A stretch of DNA of 64,000 bases from Squalus acanthias. Taxonomy: Eukaryota. Location: positions 39,496,001 through 39,560,000 of the forward strand of contig CM059432.1 of assembly GCA_030390025.1 (NCBI GenBank). The letters run 5' to 3'. Shown here in pieces: positions 35,623 through 48,626 of the stretch. Below the pieces are notes generated by a model that did not search any database, was not told the origin of the DNA, and saw only the letters and a list, made by a program, of their open reading frames with translations. The translations under genes and the position numbers were made by a program. How positions within the stretch are numbered: the stretch's first letter is position 1; every line of letters starts with the position of its first letter.

Positions 35623-37808
35623 AAATCAATGAATGATAGATTATGAAGCCATTGCTTTTACAAGGGCACAGGTTTCACTGCAAGCTGGCACTAGACATGA
35701 ATTAACATATTGCTTAACAATTAAAGTTACCCAAAATGTTCAAAACTACAGTGGAAGATTCTTACGTCCATGTGACTCGTGAAGTGTCCATCATTCCCTG
35801 TGCTATAATGCAACGAGATATGTTGAACCCCTGGAAAAGAATCAATAAATCACAGTATAAAAACAGAGATAGAACCTCTGACCATGTTTACAAATGTACA
35901 CCTTTAACCCGCAAGCATTTAAAAAGAATGGCTTACATCAATAAATATTCATTTAAATAAGTCCACTCACCCTACCCTTCTTTTCCTGTTGTGCCATTGA
36001 TTCTGTTTGCCTAGACTATCGATTCAGTTCTATGTACAGAAATATGTTGCACATGTTCCTGTTTAATATTTCAATTGTTGCCTTGGATATGGGGCATAGG
36101 GGACGCACGCCAATCAATAGATGTAGGTTTTCTACATGACATTCATTCTGATAATGATTCCCATGCGTGTAGCCATTCCTTCTGGTTGGTGAGAGCGATG
36201 CAATTATTTCTAAAGGTCACAAACATGCAACTATATAACTCATAATAATACATCCAATCAGCACAGGAAAAAGTATAGCTTTTGGCAACACACACAGGTT
36301 CTGCAGGTGAAATACTAATCATAAATTCCACAGAACAGCTCCTTTACCACACGGGAGATATATTCCATATTTTTACTAATTGAACCAAGGAGAATTTATT
36401 AGTGAAACATGTTGCACCAGTTTATCTTTAATTTTAAATTGCTGACAAGAAATACTTCTGAGTTCCATTTTATTATTAAAAAAAATCTCTAGAGGGAGTC
36501 TGAAAAATATGATGACCTTTTAGACTGCTATTTATGTTTGATTTGCAAATACAGATCTTATGTACAATCTATCACAATAGAAGGTAGCAAACAGATGAAA
36601 TACAAAATACTGGGAATCACGTTTTCCAGCTTGTGTTAATGATTTTCCAGTTATAATGTATATCTCGGGATGGGCAATAATTGCCAGCGATACTCACAGC
36701 CCGAGATTGAATATTTAAAAGAAAGTATCTACAGCAGTACTTTTGTGAATTTACATTTTTGATAAGTTGGATTGAATGCCAAAAACAGCAGAATAAATAG
36801 TTAGGTTTCAGCCTTGCTTTATTTGTGGGACTTTCCTGAAACATTAAAACTAACCAACACACAAACTACGTCCTGTAGACTCAGAGTTCCCCAAGGGTCC
36901 TGCTGGCAATAAAATGGTGCAGCACCAACACAGTAATACAATATTTCTCAAAAGACAAACTTGCATTTCAATGTTGAACTCAACTTACTCCCATGATATC
37001 CGTACACATAAAGTGAAATAATTAGAGCTCGGATGAAGCAATTTGACAGTACAAAGAAAGTGCCCAGTCAAATATCAGAACAAAGTTAACAGTTGTCATT
37101 AACTGAGATGATTAACTGATGACGAAAGGTCACACTCAGTTTACTTTTCTCAGTTGACAGATCAAAGTTATCCTTTCAGTTTGAAAAATGACTGAATGAA
37201 AGTTATCTAAGAACAATGCTTTTGCAAAAATGATCAATCTCTTTTTATTGGTGTTTCACATACATTTTTATATTTTACATATTTTACAATATAGTGCATA
37301 TTATGAGCATATTTAGATATCTAGCAAAGGTTCATACGCTCAGATTTATAGCCTGGAAATTCCTGCTGGCATAATTACTCACGTTGCTGAATGTGCATGC
37401 TTCCCGCCTGCTGAGTGTTTAAAATTGCTGCAAGGCCTTTCAGCCATCAAACTGGATTCTGGTACAGAAAATCTGGCCATTACGAGTGTTTAAGGAGATA
37501 GGCTACAATATTGCTGCATTGATGTATCATTCCCATGAGGTGCTAATCCTGCCTTTTCAAATGGGGGTTAGAGGTCTTCTGGTTTTGACATGTCAGGAAT
37601 GAAAGCAGTTGCTGCTTGTGAAGTGTTGGAGATGCATGGCTCAGGTACTGCACTCTTCACTTTGTCTCAATGTCATCAGAACCAGTTGTTTTAATTACAG
37701 CCTTGTTACTCATCTCAATCCACAAATTTATACATTACTGTGACAATCCCAGTTGACTGGTACCGAAGCTGCTACGTTACAACAGATAACCACTTCAACT
37801 TTAATATC

Positions 37809-38760
37809 AACAACAACAACAACTTGTATTTATATAGCACCTTTAATGTAGTAAAATGCCCCAAGGTGCTTCACAGGAGCGTTATCAAACTAAATTTGAC
37901 ACCGGGCCACATAAGGATTAGGGCAGATGACCAAAAGCTTGGTCAAAGAGGTAGGTTTTAAGAAGTGTCTTAAAAGAGGAAAGAGAGGTAGCGAGGCGGA
38001 GAGGTTTAGGCAGGGAATTCCAGAGCTTAGGGCCCAGGCAACAGAAGGCACGGCCACCAATGGTTGAGCAATTATAATCAGGGATGCTCAAGAGGCCAGA
38101 ATTGGAGGACCTCAGATATCTCGGAGGGTTGTAGGGCTGAAGGAGATTACAGAGATAGGGAGGGGCGAGGCCATGGAGGGATTTGAAAACAAGGATGAGA
38201 ATTTTAAAATCGAGACATTGCTTAACCGGGAGCCAATGTAGGTCAGCGAGCACAGGAATGATTGTTGAACGGGACTTGGTGCGAGTTAGGACATGGGCAG
38301 CAGAGTTTTGGATGAGCTTAAGTTTATATAGGGTGGAAGATAGGAGTCCGGCCAGGAGTGCGTTCGAATAATCAAGTCGAGAGGTAACAAAGACATGGAT
38401 GAGGGTTTCAGCAGCAGATGAGCTGAGGCACAGGCGGCGTCGGGCGATGTTACAGAGATGGAAATAGTCGGTCTTAGTGTAGGCCCAGATATGTGGTCAG
38501 AAGCTCATCTCAGTGTCAGATATGACACCAAGGTTGTGAACAGTCTGGTTCAGCCTCAGACAGTTGCCAGGGAGAAGGATGGAGTCTGTGGCTAGGGAAC
38601 GGAGTTTGGCTTTGGAGACCATGGCTTCGGTCTTGCCAATATTTAGGTGGAGGAAATTTCTGCTCATTCAGTATTGGATGTCGGACAAGCAGTGTGACAA
38701 TTTAGAGACAGTGGAGGGGTTGAGAGAGGTGGTGGTGAGGTAGAGCTGGATGTCGTATCA
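37809..38760 (-). mobile_element. L2 LINE 3' region
   Basis: LHWLPVKQCLDFKILILVFKSLHGLAPPYL...GGRAF...KLWNSLP...FKTLLKTYLF; (TTG)n tail. Confidence 0.93.
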
Positions 38761-39269
38761 AATGTTATTGAATATTTTAGCAATATCTCAGTGATACTCA
38801 TTTTGCTTGAAGTATGGGAATGTTCAGAGTGATTTCCAGTACACATGGTTTGTACATTAAATTAAGAAGGAAAATAACCAGCTCAGATTGGCAAAGTAAT
38901 GAACATTAACAAGGAATTGTTAAAATATAAACCAATACTACTCTATGCAACTATAGTTCAGCCACAGATAGAAGCACAGGCCAGGTATAAAAGACCAAAC
39001 CACTTTTGCAAAATAACCATGCCCAAACAACCACATAATACACTTTCATACTCAGTTCTTCAAATACCAACTACTGCGATCTTATGCTGAGTTCCTGCTA
39101 CATTGTAAGCAATAACAAATAAATCTTCAGCACAATGTTCAAGTTGAGTGCAGGGTATTTATTTCCTCTGTGTGGTACGTGGATGTTGGCAGTTTGATTT
39201 GGAACTGTGTTGCACCTTGGTACTTGTGCTCTGTTTCAAATGTGTAACAATTAACTCCCTTGTGGGATG

Positions 39270-39680
39270 AGTAGATGTGCTGACCTCCTATTAGTTTCGT
39301 GTCCCCCAAAGCATTCAATTTAAAAGCCTTGCCCTTGACCTCAAATTCCTCTATGCTTTGCCCCACCATATCTCTGCAACCTCCTTCAGCCTTACATCTC
39401 CACCCACACTTTTCAGACCACTAACTCTGGCATTTTCTTCATCACCTCCTTCCTTCCACCATTGGTGGCGGAGCCTTCAGCCACCACGGCCATACTCTCT
39501 GGAACTCCCTGCCTGATTTCCACTTCTCCACCCACCTTTAAGACCTGCTCAAAACCCATCTTTTTGACCAAGCTTTCAGTCACCTCCTCACTCTCACGCG
39601 ATGGTTCAGTATCCATTCCTTTGTTCTCCGTCTATGTAAAGCACTGTGGGATATTTGTTATATACTAGTTGTTGTTGTTC
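39270..39680 (+). mobile_element. Old L2 3' fragment
   Basis: CCACCATTGGTGGCGGAGCCTTCAGC...TGGAACTCCCTGCC...TTTGACCAAGCTTT; (TTG)n tail. Confidence 0.75.
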
Positions 39681-40529
39681 TTGTTCTTCTGGCTGAATGC
39701 AGGGTTTCACTTACAAATGTTGAGATTTCGGTGGCTGTATATGCCCCTGTCCCCCCATTGCAGACTATACATTGCTAGGCTCTGCATGAGAATCAGCCTG
39801 GTTTGAGACTGTGATGGCTGGCACTGACTGGTGTTGTCTATTGCACCTTTTCCCGAGCTTGGTGCAGGAACTGCTTCTAGAGTGGAGCTGGTGGGGGGCC
39901 TTGGCATTAATCCCTTTAAGTGTGTGGCTTCTCTGCCTGAGTGCTTGGAAAAGAAGCCTGTAGCTCCTGGCCTAACACTGTGGCTTTTCTCAGTGGGCAA
40001 TGCCCGATCTACAGCAGTTCAGTCATCAGCAGCTTTGTCTGCCCAGTGCAATTTCAGGTGCTTCACCGCAACTTGATTGCACCTCACAGCTGATTTAGAG
40101 GATTTAGTGCTACGCCATACTCATTGGCTGGGTTACGATCAAGACTGTGAGGGACTCCTCAGATTTTAGCACGCAAAATGTAAACAGCAAAACTGTATAA
40201 CCGAGCAAGGGAGGCCTCTCTCAAAACTACCAGAGGTAATTTTACAAAATCATGTGTTAAAGTAGGATCGCTTCTGCCAAAAGTGCGCATCAGGAATTTG
40301 AGCATGTGCCCCCATTATAATCTGCCCATTAATTTTAATGGATGGAAAATCATGTGGGAAACACAAACTCAAGTTTCTGATTGTCTATTATTAGCACATA
40401 AACAGAATAATTCTACAAAAGAATTTAATAAATAGGTTATATGGAGTAATTTATGAATGCTCCACAAAAGATGGGACCTTGCTGTGCACAAATTGGCTGC
40501 TGCAGTTCCCTACATTACAACTGTATGTC

Positions 40530-40666
40530 CTTGAAAGGCAAGATTTCCAGGGCTATGGGGAAAGAGCGGGGCAGTGGGACTAACTGGATAGCTCTTTAAA
40601 AGAGCCAGCACAGGCACAATAGGCTGAATGACCTCCTTCTGTGCTGTAAGATTTTATGATTCTATG
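40530..40666 (+). mobile_element. CR1 3' end fragment
   Basis: QGYGERAGQWD* followed by ATGATTCTATG. Confidence 0.85.
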
Positions 40667-40669
40667 AAC

Positions 40670-41082
40670 TATCATCCCTTAAATGGATCACTGGAAGTAG
40701 CGCTGAAAAGGTTGAAAAATTGTTTGTTTGTGTTTCTTTTGGCAGCCGGATGAGTATAATTGCTCTCCCTGTGCCTCCCTGATAATCCTTCCAAACTCCA
40801 ATCTTGATGTCCGCCAAAGCCCATTGTGAAACGCCCGACCCTCCCCTTTAGTGTATTGCTGCCAGCTGTGCTCTGCAGATGAGCCACCGAATTTCCCACC
40901 CACCCACCAAAAATGGCGAGCTGCCTATCAATGTTCAGATCACGCTGGCAGCTCGCCACTTTAATGCAAATGCAACCCAACCATCAAATTGGTTCAGACT
41001 TCCCCACTGGCGACATCGGACGGGCAAACCGATTGTGCTGCACACCACCCACTCGATGTACACTACGAATCAAAATCAACCA
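40670..41082 (-). mobile_element. Harbinger-like terminal fragment
   Basis: GC-rich, contains AAAATGGCG and ends AAAATCAACC; resembles the subterminal regions of other copies. Confidence 0.4.
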
Positions 41083-42159
41083 TCTGGTTACCATTATAAA
41101 TGTTGAAATAGGCAGTTTCAATGGTAAACAACATAAAAAGCATTACTTAAAAGTGTCCATGGATGCAAGATTGGAATATAGAGGTGTGTGTGTATTTCCT
41201 GTTAACTTTGCACTTGGCAAAAGCCTTGTATAGTAGTATATGATACCGCAGCTGAAAATCTGTGGCATCGTGTCAGGTCTTGCATCACTACCATGCTTAT
41301 TAATATTTTATGTCCTATTATGTGTCAATTCTAATGTCGTCATTACACCCACGAACATAGTGGTCAAAAATAACACTAAATGTGAGTAGAGATTGAACAA
41401 GCATTTCATCGGACACAATAGTGACAAGTGCTTCTGGGCTGGAGAAGGAGAAAATGATGTCTGCGGAAGGCTGTGGTGATTTGAGCATGAATGAATAATC
41501 TGAAGTTTAGCTTGATTACCTTTGGAAATCAAGGAGAATGTCTGCAAAATTTAGCCTTAGGTGATTAAATAGGTGGCATGGAGTCCACACTAAGGTAGAC
41601 TGTAAATGGTTTGTGGAAGGAATGGGCTTGCTGAGCCAAATGGCTTTTCTCATTCCAACCTTTCTTATGTTCTAAAATAATAAACTCTGGGGGCAGAATA
41701 GACTATAAATATATAATGAAGTACAAATGTCTGTCAGTGATTTTAAGGCAGCAATTCAAACTTGCAGTATTGTAGACTTGTGGTATATAATACTCTGTAA
41801 TTTATTTATATTGAAACTTTACTAAAATTATTAATAAACAGATGTATCGTTTTTATTTATTATTTATAGTAAAATGTTTTCGCTACTTTCCCACATTTCT
41901 GGTAACAGTACAAAAAAAATTGGGATTTATAAACTCGAGCTCCTGGCACATATTGGGAATTCAGGCATGGAGGACAGAAATTCCCGATCAGGTTGCCAAT
42001 TCGCTATCACCAATTTAGCGCTCCCACACAAGACGCATTTCACCGCCTCACTATCAGCAGCGGCAGAAAGCTGGTGGTAGCAAATCGGCCGTCCATTAGA
42101 CATCCTGCCCAAATATCCTTTCCATTAAAGTAAATATTTTCTCCTCCAACCATCATGAG

Positions 42160-42730
42160 ATCACAGGCTAAATAGGGATGAGGAAGGCTATTTGGCCCAT
42201 CCTAGTTCGTCCATCCAGAGAGTCTACAGTTGCCCATTTGTGGAACTCAATTATTTCTTAAATAATTTCAGGGTTTTTGCTTCAAGTACTTTATCCAGGA
42301 GTCCATTCCATGTACAGATCACTCTGTGGGGTAGATCTTGACGTGCGATAATGTAAAATGACTGATAGAGAGTCGGCAGCCCGATTCACATCTCTCCCAA
42401 TTTTTATTTCCATTGACGTCAATGTAAATAAGAATCAGGAGAGATGTAAATGGGCTGCCGACTCTTTATCACCTGTTTTGTGCTATCGCACCATCAAGAT
42501 CTACCTCTTTGTGTGAAGAAAAATTCCTGACAGCAGTCCTAAATTTGCCTTTTAGTACTTTGAACCTGTGCCTCTTTGCTCTCAGTTTATTTTGAATTAA
42601 GTTTCCATAACCAACTTTTTATGTACCATCTTATATACCTCTATTAGATCGCTTCTCAATGACCTCTTTTTAAAGCAGAAAAGCCCAAGTTTCTCAAGTT
42701 TTTCCTCATACCTCAGACCTCTGGCACTTT
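42160..42730 (-). mobile_element. Old CR1 3' region split by a MITE
   Basis: GLRYEEKLEKLGLFCFKKRSLRSDLIEVYKM on the minus strand. Confidence 0.8.
42328..42507. mobile_element. Hairpin MITE (180 bp)
   Basis: Whole element is an imperfect palindrome GGGGTAGATCTTGA...TCAAGATCTACCTC centred on CATTGACGTCAATG. Confidence 0.85.
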
Positions 42731-43640
42731 CCCCACTATGACAGCTAGGCTTCAGTGACAGGCAAGCTTGGGGCTCAATCTGAGGAACATCTGGTTGTGA
42801 GCCAAACATTCAACTGGCTACACTATATGTTTCCTTTATCCTGCTAGTTTAACCATGTCACAGGCTGAAGTGATTAACATTTTGCTAAATAACTTTTTTT
42901 TTGTTACTGGCATACTTTTTAAAACATGCATTAAAGACTTGTAAAACATAAGCTACCACTATTGGGGCCACTAAGAGATGAAGGAGGTAAGCTTGTACTG
43001 GAGTGTGAAGGAATAGCAGAAATACTAAATAAGTACTTTGCTTCAGTTTTCACAGAGGAAGTGGATATTGAAATTGTTACACAACCAGGGATGGGTGTAG
43101 AACCAGAAGTTATTATTCAAAGAGAGATGGTGTTAAAGAACTTGCTCAAATCATTGGGACATGACAGTATGGGGGAGAAATTGGGCACCATAGCGCCTCC
43201 CATTAGCGCCTCCGGGGGGTGCTAACGGACTACCAGCTTTGCGACTGGGCACGCGATAGTACTGACACCCACGAAATTGAGGTGGAGGTTTGCAGCGACG
43301 CTAACCACCAGCGCCACGATCTCCTGCGCCCGGAGATCATGACGTCATCCGGGTGCACAGCGCCCCGGCTCTGAAATTCACTCTCGCCCCCTGCCTGAGC
43401 GCCTGCCGTTAGCAACAACAGGTAGAGGAGGCGGTATGCAGTCGGATGAGCGCTGGAGGAGCGCTATATAAAGGCGTCAACTTCCGGGTTTTTTTTAGCC
43501 GGCAAAGAATGCTGCCTTGTCAGTTTGACAAAAGCAAACAGGTGTTTTGAGCGATTTCAACTTGAATGACTATTCTGGCTGAGAAAAATGTATCACTTTC
43601 ATTTGGGTTACATGTGATAGTGCAACATTTCCATAATTTA

Positions 43641-46600
43641 ATGGGGGCTGTACTAGCACTGGACCTCGCCCTCCAGCGTCACCGTCGGAGGCAGCGGAGC
43701 AGAGAGAAAGATTGCAAAATGTGGCCAGAGGAGGAGGGCCAACAGGGCTCTGAACAGGAGGCCTTACCCTCCTAGGGTATTCCAGCAGCATTTCTCCTAC
43801 ATCAATCTCACTGAGGAGCAGTGTCTTAGAGGCTCTGCTTCACCAAGGATGTGGTCACAGAGCTCTGCCACCTCCTGCAACCAGACCTTGAGCCTCACAT
43901 CAGGAGCACCACGTCTCTCTCAGTGGCAGTCAAGGTCACCGTCGCCCTCAATTTCTATGCCAATGGATCCTTCCAGGTGCAACAGGAGACATATCTAACA
44001 TATCTAAGCGATCTCACAATCAACGGATCAGATCAAACCTCTGCAGTTCTGCCACATCCAGTCGTGAATGGTGCTGGACCATTAAACAACTAACGGGAGG
44101 AGGAGGCTCATGAATATCCCCATCCTCAATGATGGTGGAGCCCAGCACGTGAGTGCAAAACACAAGGCTGAAGCGTTTGCAATCATCTTCAGCCAGAGGT
44201 GCCGAGTGGATGAGCCATATCAGCCTCCTCCTGAGGTCCCCACCATCACAGAAGCCAGTCTTCAGTCAATTCGATTCACGCCACGTGATATCAAGAAACG
44301 GCTGAGCGCGCTGGATACAGCAAAGTCTATGGGCCCCAACAACATCCCGGCTGTCGTGCTGAAGACTTGTGCTCCAGAACTAGCTACGCCTCTAGCCAAG
44401 CTGTTCCAGTACAGCTACAACACCGGCATCTATCCGACAATGTGGAAAACTGCCCAGGTATGTCCTGTCCACAAAAAGTAGGACAAATCCAATCCAGCCA
44501 ATTGCCGCCCCATCAGTCTACTCTCAATCATCAGCAAAGTGATGGAAGGTGTCGTCGACACTTACTCACCAATAACCTGCTCACTGATGCCCAGTTTGGG
44601 TTCTGCCAGGACCACTTGGCTCCAGACCGCATTACAGCCTTGGTCCATACATGGACAAAGGAGCTGAATTCCAGAGGTGAGGTGATAGTGACTGCCCTAG
44701 ACATCAAGGCAGCATTTGACCGAGCGTGGCATCAAGGAGCCCTTGTAAAACTGAAGTCAATGGGAATCGGGGGAAAATTCTCCACTGGCTGGAGTCATAC
44801 CTAGCACAAAGAAGATGGTTGTGGTGGTTGGAGGTCAATCATCTCAGCCCCAGGACATCGCTGCAGGAGTTCCTCAGGGCAGCGTCCCAGGCCCAAACAT
44901 CTTCAGCTGCTTCATCAATGCCCTTCCCTCTAACATAAGGTCAGAAATGGGGATGTTCGCTAATGATTGCACAGTGTTCAGGGCCATTCACAACTCCGCA
45001 GATAATGAAGCAGTCTATGCCCACATGCAACAAGACCTGGACGACATTCAGGCTTGGGCTGATAAGTGGCAGGTAACATTCGCGCCACACAAGTGCCAGG
45101 CAATGACTATCTCCAACAAGCGAGTGTCTAATCACTGCCTCTTGACATTCAACGGCATTACCATTGCCGAATCCCCCACCATCAACATCCTAGGGGTTAT
45201 CATTGACCAGAAACTTAACCAGCCACATAAATACTGTGGCAACAAGAGCAGGTCAGAGGCTGGGTATTCTGCGGCGAGTGACCCACCTCCTGACTCCCCA
45301 AAGCCTTTCCACCATCTACAAGGCACAAGTCAGGAGTGTGATGGAATATTCTACACTTGCCTGGATGAGTGCAGCTCCAACAACACTCAAGAAGCTCGAC
45401 ACCATCCAGGACAAAGCAACCCACTTGATTGGCACCCCATCGATCACCTTAAATATTCACTCCCTCACCACCGGCATACCGTGGTTGCAGTGTGTACCAT
45501 CTACAAGATGCACTGCAGCAACTCGCCAAGGCTTCTTCAGCAGCACCTCCCAAACCCACGACCTCTTCCACCTAGAAGGACAAGGGCAGCAGATGCATGG
45601 CAATACCACCACCTCCAATTTCCCCTCCAAGTCACACACCATCCTGACTTGGAAGTATATCGCCATTCCTTCATCGTCGCTGGGTCAAAATCCTGGAACT
45701 CTCTCCCTAACAGCACTGTGGGAGTACCCTCACCACACGGACTGCAGCAGTTCAAGTCAGCGGCTCACCACCACCTTCTCAAGGGCAACTAGGGATGGAC
45801 AATAAATGCTGGCCTTGCCAGCGATGCCCACATCCCATGAATGCATTTTTTAAAAATATCGCAGTTCACCGTCCATTGCTGTATCTGCGAGGTCATAGAT
45901 GCTCTCTACAGTAGGAGAAGGGACTACATTTCCTTCCCCATGACCAGAGAGAAGCAAGACGAGTGTGCATGTGGCTTTGCCAGGATGGCGGGCATCCCCA
46001 TGGTGCAGGGCGCCATTGACTGCACCCATGTCGCTTTGCGGGCACCTCATAACAATCCTGAGGTATTCCGTAGCCGCAAAGGCTACCACTGTGCTATTGG
46101 TGTGCGGCCACACACAGCGCATCCTCACCGTCAGTGCCCGCTATCCTGGCAGCAGCCACAATGCCTTCATCCTGTGCCAGCTCTGTTCCAGCCACCACAT
46201 AAAGCTAGCGGATGGCTGCTGGGAGACAAGGGCTATCCGCTCTCCACCTGGCTCATGACTCCCCTCCGCAACCCCAGCACTCGTGCCCAACATTCATGCA
46301 ATGAGAGACATGCTGCCACCAGGAACATCACTGAGCAGACCATCGGAGTGCTCAAGCAACAGGTCCACTGCCTTGACTGTTCGGGAGAAGCCCTCCAGTA
46401 CTCAGCTGAGCGGGTGTCCCTTTTGGTCGTCGTCTGCTGCATGCTCCACAACTTGGCCATCATGAGGGCGCAACCATTGTCACCAGGCATAGCCGCACCA
46501 CCTCAGGAGGAGAAAGAGGGGGAGGAGGAGGAGGACGAGGAGGAGGAGGAGGAGGAGGATGAGGAGGAGGACGAGGAGGAGCACGAACACCAGCAACGGA

Positions 46601-46740
46601 GGATTGAGCCACTCCATCGGCCTTGTGAAAGGGCGGTCTGTGACCGCCTCATCAGACTGCGGTTCCAAACAATTCAAGGCCACTTCCTGGTTGCTCATCC
46701 ATCAATTTCTCATTCCATACCACACCCAAAGCTGAAATGA
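43641..46740 (+). pseudogene. HARBI1-like transposase split by a LINE
   Basis: VAVKVTVALNFYANGSFQ|ISQFTVHCCI...GAIDCTH...LLGDKGY...TEQTIGVLK...CCMLHN, Glu-rich tail. Confidence 0.94.
44005..45855 (+). mobile_element. 5'-truncated CR1-group (L2/Crack-like) LINE, RT region
   Basis: KSMGPNNIP..LKTCAPELATPL, LDIKAAFDRAWH, GVPQGSVPGP, FANDC; AATAAA then A-rich end; ATATC duplicated at 44000-44004 and 45856-45860. Confidence 0.9.
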
Positions 46741-46787
46741 GACACAGCACCATTTCTGCAACATTCCAATAATAAATTTAAACACAA

Positions 46788-48626
46788 TCAATAACAACAT
46801 ATATACAACAACAATATTAACAAATGACCCTTGTGCAAACCTTTACTTGCCCTCTTTGCAGTGTCTTTTCCTAATCTAGTGCTCCTACCTAGTGTCTCCC
46901 CAGTGGCTGCAGCAGGGCTGGTGGAAGGCTGCTGAGTGTCAGTGCCAGAAACTACAAATGGCCTTGCAGGACGCCCTCGACCAGCTCTGGGCCTGGAAGG
47001 CCCGGCTGTACAATGTGCCACCTCAGCATGGGCGGCAGCAGTCTGGGCTGGCTGGATGACAGGCAATGGCAAGGGCAATGGCGGAGTGGCAGTGGTGGGA
47101 GCAGCTCCCTGCTCCATTGACACACTGCCACTCCCCTGGGGCAGCACCTCAGCATTCCCACCAATCTGCTGCATCACAGATTGCTGGGCTGCTGCGACAC
47201 CATGAGATCCCCGGTGGATTGTGGTGGTCCCAGCGATGATGGCAGCAGTCAGAGCTTTCGTGGCATCAAGCTGAGACTGGATGGCATCAACCATTGACTG
47301 CATTACAGCACTAAGACGTTGCCTACCTTCTGCCTGTGCTGCAATGGATGCTGCCACATTGCCCATGACACACGGCATGAGGTCTGGGTCCCCACGGTCT
47401 CTCAGGGAGTCCACCATCCTTGGCAGACTGCCAAGGATGGGCTCCATGGTGTGCACAGAGCTCTGTGCTATGTTGGAGGTGGACTCCTCCACACTCCTTA
47501 CCATTGCAGCCTTGCCATTGCACCTATCATCTCGGTGTGTATGTCCATCACCCTTGTGAACGCCTCCCCATTGAGGTCCTCATCTGAGTCCTGCGCAGCA
47601 GAACTCGCACGCATACTCGCCCTCCGGGGAGCTGGCTCCCGAGCTACCCTTTCCCCGCTGCATTACCCAGTGCAGACCCCTCTACTAAACCTGCCTCTAA
47701 AGATCGCGTAGTGCCAGTATTTGAGGTGGCGCCTGCGGGTGAGACATGCAGTGATGCAGTGCTTTGCTCCTCCTCCTCTTCTCCTCCTTCATTCTCAGTG
47801 GGGGGCTCAGGGACAGGCTGGTCATCTGGTTGCTGATTCTCTGATAGCATAAAGGCACAACACTCGCATTAAGGTGAGGGGGGGGGGGGGCCAGGAAGGA
47901 AGGAGTAATGCAGACAGTAACAGGAGCTGGAATGTGGGAATGGCTTGTGGTGTGAGGGGGAAGTAGGATGAGAGAAGGAGAGGGGATGAACATACCGTTG
48001 TTACCCCCAAGGGGGTCGACGTTCCCGACGGCCATGCGCCCACCACCTGCGGCCCAATGAGTCGCAGCACTCGCTCCTCCAGGTCTGAGAGCTGCTGGAG
48101 CTGCGCACCACCCCCGCCTGTTCTCTGCTGCTCCCTCCTGTTGTGGGCCATCTTGGCCTGCAAGAGAAACGAATGTGTGTGATTCAGAGTCCAGCTATGT
48201 GTTTGGGAGATATGCCTGCCATAGTTGAATAGCTGTGATTGTAGGCAAGGTGTGAGATGTGGATGTGAGTTTAAGTAGGTGCGGATGTTTGGTGGGTGAG
48301 TGGTGGGGTGTGGTGGTTTGTGCACTGTGTACAGACTGAGGTTCAGATGATGGTCTGTAGGACCTGTTGAAGCATTTACTCACCCTGACCACCCGAGTGA
48401 GGTCGTTGAATTTCCTCCTACACTGTGTCAGGCTGTGTTCACCCACACTACTGACCGAGACCTCCTGGGCCACTTCCCTCCACATTGCCCTGAAGACCTG
48501 GGGCAATGGCCTCCTTCCAGTATCCGGGAACAGCACGGCCCTCCTTTGCTCCACTCCCACGACCAATGCCTCCAATGCCTCGTCCGTGAAATGACGAGCT
48601 CTCTCCCTGGGAGTGGGATCAGCCAT
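46788..48626 (-). pseudogene. Harbinger Myb/SANT-like gene, three exons (48626-48384, 48157-47996, 47840-~46800)
   Basis: RERARHFTDEALEALV...MWREVAQEV...QCRRKFNDL; GT-AG sites at all four junctions; exon 2 AKMAHNRREQQRTGGG. Confidence 0.9.

Noticed and set aside
45841..46740. 299-aa ORF as a stand-alone gene
   Set aside because: Its start lies in a LINE tail; it is the 3' part of a split transposase with an internal frame-shifted segment
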